From a virus, in the IMG/VR virus record IMGVR_UViG_3300005826_000037, positions 49,645 through 113,644 of that record: DNA of 64,000 nt. The stretch is one strand, 5' to 3'. Under the pieces are notes generated by a model. It ran no database searches and had not been told where the DNA came from. It worked only from the letters and a program-made list of their open reading frames with translations. Within the stretch, counting starts at the first letter, position 1, and each line of letters opens with the position of its first letter. Of the stretch, positions 29,412 to 38,438 are shown one piece after another. The position numbers and the translations under genes are program-made.

Positions 29412-30608
29412 ATGAACAAAAATGCAGCTGAAGTGTGCAACATAATTCAACAACGGGGATATAAATCATACCTCGTTGGTGGTTGTGTTAGAGATTTACA
29501 ATTAAAACAAGTCCCTAAAGACTGGGATATTGCCACAAATGCATCCCCTGATGTAATTCAAGAAACATTCGATAAAACATATCCAACAGGTCTAAAACAT
29601 GGAACTGTCACTGTTTCCCTTAATGGAGAACACTTTGAGGTAACTACTTTTAGAACCGAAGGCAAATATTCAGACGGAAGAAGACCGGACTCGGTTGAAT
29701 TTGTGAACAATATAGAAGAAGACTTGGCAAGAAGAGACTTCACTATCAATGCCATGGCTTTTGACCCAATCAAAAATGAATTAGTTGATCCATTCGGTGG
29801 AGAAAAAGATCTTAAGAATGAATATCTAAAATGCGTTGGTAACCCAAATGAACGCTTTCAAGAAGACGGTCTTAGAATCATGAGGGCAGCAAGATTTGCT
29901 GCCAGATTTGGTTTTGTAATAGAATCACAAACATTCAAAGCGATGTCTAATCCTGATAATCTAAAAGTTCTCAGTAAAGTCTCAAAAGAAAGAATGAATG
30001 ATGAATTATCAAAGATTCTTATGGGATCAAACATGAGTTATGGTATCAAGATTCTATTTGACACTGGCGCTATGAGTATGGTATCTTCCCTATTAGTGCC
30101 GCACGAAGTGCGATTGTGTAAGGGAGATCTTGAGACTAGACTTGCACATCTATACCGCGATTACGATCCGAAATATGTTCTTGAAGAACTTAAAATGTTA
30201 AAATTCTCAAACAAAGAGATTAAAAGAGTTGAATTCATCCTTAATTCAAAATTTAGATATTTCAATTTATTAAAAAATAAAACAAATCTCGATTATAAAG
30301 AATTTATTGCCCATTTAAAAAACAAATCACCAGATGAATATAATTATACACTTGAACAATTTAATCATTGGGTTTGTGCAGATTATAATCTATTAAAACA
30401 TCATTATGAAGTTTTTGATAAATTTAAAGATATTGTTGTTTTTTCTAGAAAAGATTTAGCAATAAACGGAAATGATCTGATAGCTATAGGAATTACTGAT
30501 GGTAAACAAATTGGTTCAACATTGGATTATTGTTATCAATTAGTTATTAAAAATTCAAAACTAAATAATAAAAATGTTCTTCTAAACATAATAAATAATT
30601 CTGATTAA
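29412..30608 (+). CDS. cca: Class II tRNA nucleotidyltransferase (CCA-adding enzyme)
   Basis: VGGCVRD, DWDIAT, EVTTFRTE, RRDFTINAMA, EDGLRIMRAARF, SKERM; flexible loop present; no HD domain. Confidence 0.9.
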   Translation: MNKNAAEVCNIIQQRGYKSYLVGGCVRDLQLKQVPKDWDIATNASPDVIQETFDKTYPTGLKHGTVTVSLNGEHFEVTTFRTEGKYSDGRRPDSVEFVNNIEEDLARRDFTINAMAFDPIKNELVDPFGGEKDLKNEYLKCVGNPNERFQEDGLRIMRAARFAARFGFVIESQTFKAMSNPDNLKVLSKVSKERMNDELSKILMGSNMSYGIKILFDTGAMSMVSSLLVPHEVRLCKGDLETRLAHLYRDYDPKYVLEELKMLKFSNKEIKRVEFILNSKFRYFNLLKNKTNLDYKEFIAHLKNKSPDEYNYTLEQFNHWVCADYNLLKHHYEVFDKFKDIVVFSRKDLAINGNDLIAIGITDGKQIGSTLDYCYQLVIKNSKLNNKNVLLNIINNSD

Positions 30609-31165
30609 GACATAAAAAATGTATAAACTTTAATTATCCATTCTTTAAATTCTTCAATAGATCTTTCTCTTTTAGCATAATTACAATACTTGCAACAAGC
30701 TACGCAATTTTCTTTAGAATGTGGTTTAGAATTATCCAATCGATCCAATCCATTATATATAAAATATCCATTTTTCTTCATATCATCTGAAGATTTTTTA
30801 TCAGCACCATTTTGAATATTTGACGGAGGATTTCCACAATAATAACAATATTTCTGTGATATAAAATAAAAATCCTCAAATTGCATTTCATTATAATTAG
30901 CACGCCAAACTCGTCTAGCAGAAGCTTCTATAGGCGTATATTTTATACATTTAGAATACATATTTTTTGCCCTCAAAGAACGCTGTTTTTTATTCCAACA
31001 ACCACATGATTTAGTACCTCCACTTCGTAATTCTTCTGTTTTAATATCTTTAATAATACCACAATCACATTGACACTTCCAGGCAGAACGACCATTAATT
31101 GGTTGAGCTTGCTCTATAACTGTTAACATACTATATTTTTGACCAATAAGATTTAATTTTTTCAT
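30605..31165 (-). mobile_element. HNH-type homing endonuclease
   Basis: WKCQCDCG..KSCGC N-terminal domain; CYYCG..NGLDRLDN..NCVACCKYCN. Confidence 0.8.
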
Positions 31166-31215
31166 ATTAATCTATATATCAAGTGAAACATAGTTTGTGC
31201 CAGGTATGTATTATA

Positions 31216-31247
31216 AAAATAAAGCCGAGATTACTCGGCTTTATTTT
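31216..31247. terminator. Rho-independent (potentially bidirectional) terminator downstream of the major capsid gene
   Basis: Perfect inverted repeat AAAATAAAGCCGAG-ATTA-CTCGGCTTTATTTT. Confidence 0.85.
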
Positions 31248-31288
31248 AAATTAAGTTGGTGTCTAAGTATTTGATTTTATTCAAAACC

Positions 31289-32299
31289 TTATTCGACAAC
31301 TACGCTTTTACGCCCGGCTGCGACGCCTCTTGGGTTTACAATGGCGAGACCAATAATCTCACTTACGACCCAACCCAGCTTAAGTTGCTTTGGTTCATCT
31401 GCTGGAAGTACTTCAATATCCTGACGAATTGGCATGACTCCAACGAATTCGGGGTCTGCCGCACCGTAGATCGTTCCGGGAGGGACAATCTTGCTCACCA
31501 TAATGTCTGAGCCCCAAATGTGAGCATAAAGACCAGTTTGAAGAACTTCACGCATGGTGACAGGATCGAAATCGCCGCCAGATACGCCTTGTCCACCACC
31601 AGATCCCCACTTAAGGATATCGGTGAACTCATTGATGTTCATGAAATACTTGGTTGTGACAAGGTCCCAGCGATCGATCTGTTGTTTAATTTCAACTAGG
31701 TCTCTCTTAAGCAATCCAGCATCAGCGATATCGGTAAGGGTGTTTTCAACGGAAGCAGCTGCATCCAATGCTGCGAAGACGTTTGCATCTTCTTGTGCCA
31801 TCATTTCTTGACGTGCCTTTTGGACAGCTCTGTCGATGACGTTGAATCTACGCCTTTTGACTTCTGCAATACGTACAGTTGGATTTGCGTAAAGTTCGAA
31901 CTCAGGAACTACAACACGGTCACCAAAAACTCTGGACTCTGGTCCAGTACCGTTGCTAGAAATAACAACAGCTGCAACATCGATGTCACGGTCATAAGTT
32001 GGCATTGCACCTTGTGGAAGAGGATCAACAACCAATGCTCTACGAGCAATTCCATGGTAGTCAAGGTTTCTACGGATTGGGTTTGCCATTGCTTGTGCAA
32101 GAGCAATCTTTCCATCTTGAGTCATGATAGCACGGGAGATAAGCTCATCACGCTTCTCATCGCTCAATTGTGGTTGTCCAGCGAGACCCATATTGGAAGG
32201 TTGGTTCTCTTCGAGAATTGCGGCATACTTTACAAGAGTTTGTAAAGCATCCTTTAAAGATCCGGCGTTCATTTCGCCATGGTTATTAAACATATTCAT
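31289..32299 (-). CDS. Major capsid protein (HK97-like fold)
   Basis: 336 aa; LAQAMANPIRRNLDY..ARRALVVDPL..PEFELYANP..QEDANVF; higher GC than neighbours, AGGAG RBS, terminator immediately after. Confidence 0.85.
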   Translation of the reverse strand: MNMFNNHGEMNAGSLKDALQTLVKYAAILEENQPSNMGLAGQPQLSDEKRDELISRAIMTQDGKIALAQAMANPIRRNLDYHGIARRALVVDPLPQGAMPTYDRDIDVAAVVISSNGTGPESRVFGDRVVVPEFELYANPTVRIAEVKRRRFNVIDRAVQKARQEMMAQEDANVFAALDAAASVENTLTDIADAGLLKRDLVEIKQQIDRWDLVTTKYFMNINEFTDILKWGSGGGQGVSGGDFDPVTMREVLQTGLYAHIWGSDIMVSKIVPPGTIYGAADPEFVGVMPIRQDIEVLPADEPKQLKLGWVVSEIIGLAIVNPRGVAAGRKSVVVE

Positions 32300-32322
32300 T
32301 ATTTATTCTCCTAGAATTTTTT

Positions 32323-32421
32323 GCCAGTCTTACCAGCTTTATTTATTTAAACTTAAAGGATAGGGGATCCCCGAATTAACAGGGTTTAATTTAGCCCACT
32401 CCCCTGGGCAGACTTAAGTCT
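32323..32421 (-). ncRNA. Candidate structured cis-regulatory leader RNA of the capsid gene
   Basis: GC-rich island with stems GCCCA/UGGGC and CCCUG/CGGGG, loop AGGGGA complementary to downstream UCCCCU, outer stem AGACUUAAG/UUUAAGUUU, then hairpin GCUGGU-AAG-ACUGGC. Confidence 0.5.
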
Positions 32422-32427
32422 TATTTA

Positions 32428-33093
32428 TCAGAATTGTGGGTTAAAGTGGAACACTGCGAAAGCATATGTTCTAGCACTTGACAATGCTGATGCTAGGTAG
32501 TTTGGAGTGGTTACCAAAGAACCGTTTGTTACGAATTCAACAAAGTGTCCAACAACAACTGTATTGGAATTTGCTAACGTTGATCCAACAGGAGTTAATT
32601 GTCCGCCCTTAAGAGTTGCTGGAGCAAATGTTAAGGAAGCACCAACTGCCAAAGTTGTATTGGTTGGTGTCAAACCATCAGCTGCTGCTGTGTCACATGC
32701 GTCCAAAGAGACTGCATAGAGACCTGGTTTATCCCAGCAAGTTACCTTGCCAGAGCCGGTTGCAGTGTGAGGTCCGAGGACAGCGCCACCTGTGGAAACT
32801 AATCCAACAGTTCCGCCAACAACAGATCCAAACAAAGTTCCATATCCAGATGTTCCTTCATCAGCCAACATCAAAGGACGAGAAGAAGTTGCGACTGTAG
32901 CAGTGACAACAGTTCTCTTATTTGGGGTTACATACCCATCAAAAACATCCCAAGATGCTTTATCTGTGGAAACACCTGTTACAACAGATGAAAAGGTTAC
33001 GATTTCTCCACCCTTGAGATATGTTGCTTCTGTATCAAGACCATCGAACTGACCCAATGGTTGAATTCCTGGTTGCAAAAGTTTTAAAGCCAT
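32428..33093 (-). CDS. Capsid decoration/cement-like protein
   Basis: Immediately upstream of the MCP; G/T/A-rich; paralog of 39867-40559; 1 DGY. Confidence 0.6.
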   Translation of the reverse strand: MALKLLQPGIQPLGQFDGLDTEATYLKGGEIVTFSSVVTGVSTDKASWDVFDGYVTPNKRTVVTATVATSSRPLMLADEGTSGYGTLFGSVVGGTVGLVSTGGAVLGPHTATGSGKVTCWDKPGLYAVSLDACDTAAADGLTPTNTTLAVGASLTFAPATLKGGQLTPVGSTLANSNTVVVGHFVEFVTNGSLVTTPNYLASALSSARTYAFAVFHFNPQF

Positions 33094-33201
33094 TTTAGTT
33101 ACCTATTTAATCTTTTAATGCCGTAATTTTTGATTAATCGGCACACTTACTTACACCTTGTACTTACTAAATCTAAAGGAGATATTTAGATATTGATATA
33201 T

Positions 33202-34479
33202 TTATTGCAAAATTGAGAACCTATCTAGTTCTTTTTCTAGATCTCTAATTTCATCATCGATAGATCTAGGTGTTTTTTCGCCACTTTCTGATTTTGGTTC
33301 TCTTGTATATTCTTTGCCTTTAGACTCTTCAGCATTCTCTTTTTCTTCTGGTTTACTCTTGCTCATAGCATTTTCAACCTTTTCTCTTGCCTTATTTTTA
33401 AATGAGCCAGCCTCTCCTAGAACATCTAGAAATCCTTTAACACTATCTTCATAAGGACCTAATGCTCTGACAACATCATCGAAATCATCAGCAAATAATC
33501 CATAACCACCAGAAAGACCTTTGGTCCAATCAACCATTCTAGTTAAGACTCCTTTATCTTGTGTCTGTCTTAATTTGTAAGACTCATCTTTAAAATTATC
33601 TTTTATCTGATCTAAATAAGCAGAGAATTCACGAACTTTTTTATCAAGAGTTTCATATGCTTTAAGCGCACTACTTGAATCAAAACCCTTGCTCATCTCT
33701 ATTAATTCTTGAGCTGATCTTGGTTTATCCATAGTTTCAATAATTGGCATAATCCTATCAATTTCTAATTTAAAATCCAAAACTTTGTTTTTGAAATTGC
33801 GCATTTCTTGCTTGAAGTTTTGAGTATATTCAGTACCAAAACCCCAATCAGAATTACTACTTATTAGATCATCAATTTCAGCAATTAAAGCTTCACTATT
33901 CTTTTGGAAGCCTTTATTAGCAAATGGTAAATGTTGTTGTGCATATAATACACCAAGAGCTGTAACAACACCAATAGCAACCGGAACCCAAGCAGTCTTT
34001 ACAATTTCATCTTTTTTTTTTAGATCAGCCATTTGCTCCAAGCATTTATCAGCCAATACACGAAGCTCTTCAAAATTCTTATTATCTAAATCATTACCTA
34101 CTCTAACCAAATTGAGAATAAATTCTTGTTCAGCATATTTCTTTTGCCTCAACATACCATCTGGTGTTTTATCTAAGATGTTAAGAAGAATTGTTTGCCT
34201 CTCATTAATATTTTCTACCAGCCCATTAATCTTATCATAAGATGGAGATACAACAACAGAATTTGGATGGGCAAGCTCAGCAATATTATGCTCATATTCC
34301 ATGCCCTTAGTAGTCTCTGGTTTCACACCATATAATGCTTCAATAGCAGATATGTCTAATGAATCCATTCTAGGATTTTCTTCGAGCTTTCTTTTAGCTT
34401 CTTCAGAAGTAACTCCAGATAGCATTCCCTTCTCTTCAGCTATTTTTACAAACTCATCAAAAATATCACTTTTTCTCAT
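33202..34479 (-). CDS. Putative head-internal/ejection protein with TM segment
   Basis: Likely start MRKSDIF; AHP domain; VKTA followed by the hydrophobic WVPVAIGVVTALGVLYA. Confidence 0.55.
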   Translation of the reverse strand: MRKSDIFDEFVKIAEEKGMLSGVTSEEAKRKLEENPRMDSLDISAIEALYGVKPETTKGMEYEHNIAELAHPNSVVVSPSYDKINGLVENINERQTILLNILDKTPDGMLRQKKYAEQEFILNLVRVGNDLDNKNFEELRVLADKCLEQMADLKKKDEIVKTAWVPVAIGVVTALGVLYAQQHLPFANKGFQKNSEALIAEIDDLISSNSDWGFGTEYTQNFKQEMRNFKNKVLDFKLEIDRIMPIIETMDKPRSAQELIEMSKGFDSSSALKAYETLDKKVREFSAYLDQIKDNFKDESYKLRQTQDKGVLTRMVDWTKGLSGGYGLFADDFDDVVRALGPYEDSVKGFLDVLGEAGSFKNKAREKVENAMSKSKPEEKENAEESKGKEYTREPKSESGEKTPRSIDDEIRDLEKELDRFSILQ

Positions 34480-34528
34480 TATGGCATCTCTCTGTGGTAA
34501 ATTATATTTAATATGCTGGCATATGCGT

Positions 34529-35608
34529 TTATTTAGGTGCTTTTTGGGCAACATCATCTATAAAGAGATCAACTATTTGTTTCATTGACTTAAAAGCCCT
34601 TGGTATAAATACGTACTTAGCACCTGGTGAAGAATAATTATACCAATAGATTTTATCCATAGCTACCATAAATCCAGGTTGAGCAGCTATAATATTTTCA
34701 AGTCCATCAAGCCCGTCATAAACTTGCTTGGCGAAATCAATTAACATTTGCTTAATTCCTGATTTTGTATTAGGATATGGAACCGACCAAGTAATACTAT
34801 CATCATCATTATACTGAACATTAGTATATGATTTATTAGTAGGAAATCTTGTTTGACTTGAGCTTCTTATACTTACTGTTGGTTCCTTGCTTGATTTATT
34901 TGTTTCAGTAGTTTTAGAACTGTCTCCTATTCCTAAGAATTTACTAACTACATCTCCAGCAACCATAAATCCAGCAGATGCAAGTATAGTTTTGAATACC
35001 CAAGAAAATACTTTCTTTAAAACACCAGCTATCTTGAATTTAAGAGCCCCAAAACCAATACCCCAATAAGCTTCCTTTTTCATACCCTCTGAATAGCTTT
35101 CCATTGCCATTTTTACAATTCTGGCATTAATAAGCTCAACATCAATTGAAGATTGACTTTCTAATTTCTTTTTTGCTTCAGCCTCTTCCTCTGGTGTTGC
35201 TGGAGTATAATTACTATTTACAGCGCTATTAACAATTTCATCAACTTCAGATGATGATATGGGTTTCCCACTGCTTATAAGAGATCTGATGCCAGACTCA
35301 ATTGTTTTAAGGATATCTTCTACCTTAATACCAAAAACTGATACCGCCAAACCAATAAGGGCACCAACCCAACCAAAACCAAGAGCGCCAAACATCCTAA
35401 AAATCAAAGTAGGAGCTAAGAGATTTAATACACTACCAACTTTATCATTTGGATCTATTTTTGAGACAACATAATCTTTAACTGCTTTCATTAAAGAAAC
35501 TATTGCTCCAGTTGTATCTCCTTCTGCATTTTTAATAATGGAAGGGTTTTCAGCAATAGCTTCCACAATCATGCAATCAACATAGAAGCTTATCTCATAA
35601 TTATTCAT
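34529..35608 (-). CDS. Putative head-internal/ejection protein with hydrophobic helices
   Basis: IKNA and KKEA sites; LIFRMFGALGFGWVGALIGLAVSVFG. Confidence 0.55.
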   Translation of the reverse strand: MNNYEISFYVDCMIVEAIAENPSIIKNAEGDTTGAIVSLMKAVKDYVVSKIDPNDKVGSVLNLLAPTLIFRMFGALGFGWVGALIGLAVSVFGIKVEDILKTIESGIRSLISSGKPISSSEVDEIVNSAVNSNYTPATPEEEAEAKKKLESQSSIDVELINARIVKMAMESYSEGMKKEAYWGIGFGALKFKIAGVLKKVFSWVFKTILASAGFMVAGDVVSKFLGIGDSSKTTETNKSSKEPTVSIRSSSQTRFPTNKSYTNVQYNDDDSITWSVPYPNTKSGIKQMLIDFAKQVYDGLDGLENIIAAQPGFMVAMDKIYWYNYSSPGAKYVFIPRAFKSMKQIVDLFIDDVAQKAPK

Positions 35609-37134
35609 TACCTTCTCCTTGTTGGAGTAGCATAATTTTTTATAAAATTCTGCAACATATCCATATTATCTCTTACAATAACATAATGTTGCGATCTTAA
35701 ACGAGTTAAATTATTTTTTGGAATATTTCTTCCAAAATTATGCTCCATATGCATTGTAACTTCGGATGTATATTGAACCAAATTCTTTAAAGCATTCAAG
35801 AATGAAGCTAAAGTTTTTATTCCACCATTCAAATTAGTAGAGAATGCAACTGGTGGAGATTTAAGATTAAAAATAAGATTATTGGCGCCGCCCCCAGACA
35901 TCATATTATTCAGAGATCCAATAACTTGTTGTATTTGTGTTAATTTAGAACTAACTTGAGACTGAACTGAAGTTCCATATTTTGATAAAAACTTATTATA
36001 ATCAGTAATGAAATGCATTATCCTTGGAACATTAACAGAGTCCATAGATAGAGGTAATCTCTCTACAGATGACAAGTCACCCAGCCAACTTTGCAATTCT
36101 TGTTGAGAGCCACCCCCTCCTTCTCCCTCTTCCTTTTTACCTTCGCCTTCTTGACCTGGAGCAGTAACCTGACAATTAGATTGAGACATCAAACTCTTAA
36201 CTTGGCTATTGTAATACTTAGCGAAATGCTTCTTATCTTCTGTTGCTGCGGCTAGATAATAATTAGACCTATCAAGTAAAACATTAAGTATCATACACTT
36301 AAGTTTTTCCATCTCAGCAGGTCTCTTGATTATAGATTTACCAACTCCCTCATCAAAAACTGTGAAAGAATTTAACATTGTATTAAAATCTTTCAAATCT
36401 CTAACTGTAATTGGATATGTTATACCTGATACTTGTTGTGGCAAACCAAGAGCTAAAAGATTTACATCTTTACGAGGATTATCTGGATAAACATAGTAAT
36501 TAGGTATATTATCCAAAATAGTGTTATCACTTATTTCTGTACCAGTTGTAGCATCATATTTCTTTGCCCTATCGATAGCTAAATCTCTGAAGTATCTATT
36601 GAAATTAAGTATTAATGTATTAACATATGGAAGAACAACTTCTGGGGCATCTGTACCTTCAGCCATTTGTTTAAGTGACTCTAAGTATGATCTTAGTGCT
36701 TTTGCATCAACATAAAAGCTATGCGAATCATATTTTCTATTTTCTTTATCTCTTTCACCATAAGGAGATGTAGTTACTATTCCCAAACCCTTTTCTGTAG
36801 CTTGTTCTTTTGTTAATCCACCATTTTCTGCGCCCATAGGATAAACTAGTCTTACACCATCAACCATTACTTCATGGTCAGACAGGTTCTGCATAAATGT
36901 TCCGAAATTCTTAATTGTCTTTACATTTAATTCTAGAGTCCCTTTTCCAGTTGAAATTGTTGGTTGTGGTTTTTCAAACTTTAATTCTGAATATAATTGA
37001 TCGGCAAAAGCTTTTGCAACGACAAAATCAGCATTATTTGCAACATTGGGATCAGCTGCATTCTTGATAATCGTTTCATTTTTTAATGAACTAATCAAGC
37101 TTTTGAATACATTAGGATTATATAAGAATGACAT
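35608..37134 (-). CDS. Hypothetical (probable head-internal) protein
   Basis: 508 aa; IIKNAA near the N-terminus; GAGG RBS. Confidence 0.55.
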   Translation of the reverse strand: MSFLYNPNVFKSLISSLKNETIIKNAADPNVANNADFVVAKAFADQLYSELKFEKPQPTISTGKGTLELNVKTIKNFGTFMQNLSDHEVMVDGVRLVYPMGAENGGLTKEQATEKGLGIVTTSPYGERDKENRKYDSHSFYVDAKALRSYLESLKQMAEGTDAPEVVLPYVNTLILNFNRYFRDLAIDRAKKYDATTGTEISDNTILDNIPNYYVYPDNPRKDVNLLALGLPQQVSGITYPITVRDLKDFNTMLNSFTVFDEGVGKSIIKRPAEMEKLKCMILNVLLDRSNYYLAAATEDKKHFAKYYNSQVKSLMSQSNCQVTAPGQEGEGKKEEGEGGGGSQQELQSWLGDLSSVERLPLSMDSVNVPRIMHFITDYNKFLSKYGTSVQSQVSSKLTQIQQVIGSLNNMMSGGGANNLIFNLKSPPVAFSTNLNGGIKTLASFLNALKNLVQYTSEVTMHMEHNFGRNIPKNNLTRLRSQHYVIVRDNMDMLQNFIKNYATPTRRR

Positions 37135-37145
37135 TATTTACCCTC

Positions 37146-38438
37146 TTATTTTACTGGCGCTGGATTTGCAGGAGCAGCTGGTTGTTCTGTAGTAGGAGCA
37201 GTTTCTGGAGCAGGTTGTTTTTGTTCTACTTGTTGTGATTGAAATTGATTATAACGTTTTTCTATCTCTGGCTTTATAAAACCTGTAAAAACATTAACTG
37301 CTTGTTCTTTTGGAAATCCCATTCTCTCTGCCCAAGATAAATAATTTGCAACACTTGTTAAAGCAGAAAGAGGGACTGCTGCTGGGCTTCCCTTTCCAAT
37401 AGAAACATATATTACCTTTTCCCCCATTGGAGAGTTTGGCTTATATTGATCAGAGTTTCTATTTTTAATTATTTCTTTCTTTTGCTTATCAAATGCAGAC
37501 TCTTCGGTTACTTTTCCAAATGCTCTATCTTCTTCAAGATATGGTCTAAACTTTGGATTACCAACAACTCTTTCTCTTATATCCTTATATAATGACAATA
37601 TTCCATAGATATCTTTTGTGAAAAGATTTGCATAATCTGTCTCTTGTTTAGGAGTCAATTTAACATCTTTTCCGTCTACCTCAATTTTATCAAGATTTGT
37701 TTTGAAAGATAGTAATCTTCTTGGACTAAAAGAATTTGATGGAACTTTCATTTCACCTGCTAATTGTAGTAATGCAAAACCAAAACCCATAATATTCTTT
37801 AGTGCATTATGAGTTCTCCATTCCCACCTACCATCAGGTCTAAATTCTTTTGAACTAGTTCCTATTCTACTTATTGTATCCATAACAACTTTCATTTGAT
37901 AGACACTTGTTTCGCCTTGCTTTTTTTCTTCATAAGATTTGGCATTAGGATCATCTGACCACTCAACACCTCTTCGGTCCTCTGGAAGTTCTCCAACAAA
38001 ATTTTGAGCGAAGAAATCCATAAAACTTCCTCTATTGCGCTGATCTGTACTTTGCTTTCTCTTAATATCAGGAGCGTTTACTATAGGCAAATCAGAATAC
38101 TTAACATCATCCATAATATAATTTGCAAACTGCTGCATCGCTTGTTGCATTTTTATTACTGCTTTATTTCCTGGACGATATGTACCTTTTCCTGTACCAC
38201 CAGCTGGTCTTGCTGGTCCTTTACCACCCGGACCAATAACATCATTATCAGCTCCCCCTCCAGCAGGACTAACAACATCAGCGCCAGTTGAAGGAGTATC
38301 TGCAGAAATAGAAACTTCATCTAGATTAATTGGAGATACTGCTGTAGGAGGATTACCACTCAGAGCATTTGATGTAGCATTCCTAAGATCATCCTCAACT
38401 CCTGCAATCTTTTTTATTAATTTAACTATATCCTTCAT
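37146..38438 (-). CDS. Hypothetical (probable head-internal) protein with a possible split peptidoglycan-binding motif
   Basis: IKKIAG; AVIKMQQAM ... PDGRWEWRTHNAL. Confidence 0.5.
   Translation of the reverse strand: MKDIVKLIKKIAGVEDDLRNATSNALSGNPPTAVSPINLDEVSISADTPSTGADVVSPAGGGADNDVIGPGGKGPARPAGGTGKGTYRPGNKAVIKMQQAMQQFANYIMDDVKYSDLPIVNAPDIKRKQSTDQRNRGSFMDFFAQNFVGELPEDRRGVEWSDDPNAKSYEEKKQGETSVYQMKVVMDTISRIGTSSKEFRPDGRWEWRTHNALKNIMGFGFALLQLAGEMKVPSNSFSPRRLLSFKTNLDKIEVDGKDVKLTPKQETDYANLFTKDIYGILSLYKDIRERVVGNPKFRPYLEEDRAFGKVTEESAFDKQKKEIIKNRNSDQYKPNSPMGEKVIYVSIGKGSPAAVPLSALTSVANYLSWAERMGFPKEQAVNVFTGFIKPEIEKRYNQFQSQQVEQKQPAPETAPTTEQPAAPANPAPVK

Noticed and set aside
1-33093. DGY enrichment as a DNA-level repeat (GATGGNTAT), e.g. 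a Chi-like or protein-binding site
   Set aside because: The instances I checked are in one reading frame of minus-strand genes, vary at synonymous positions (GAT/GAC, GGN, TAT/TAC), and are confined to one protein class.
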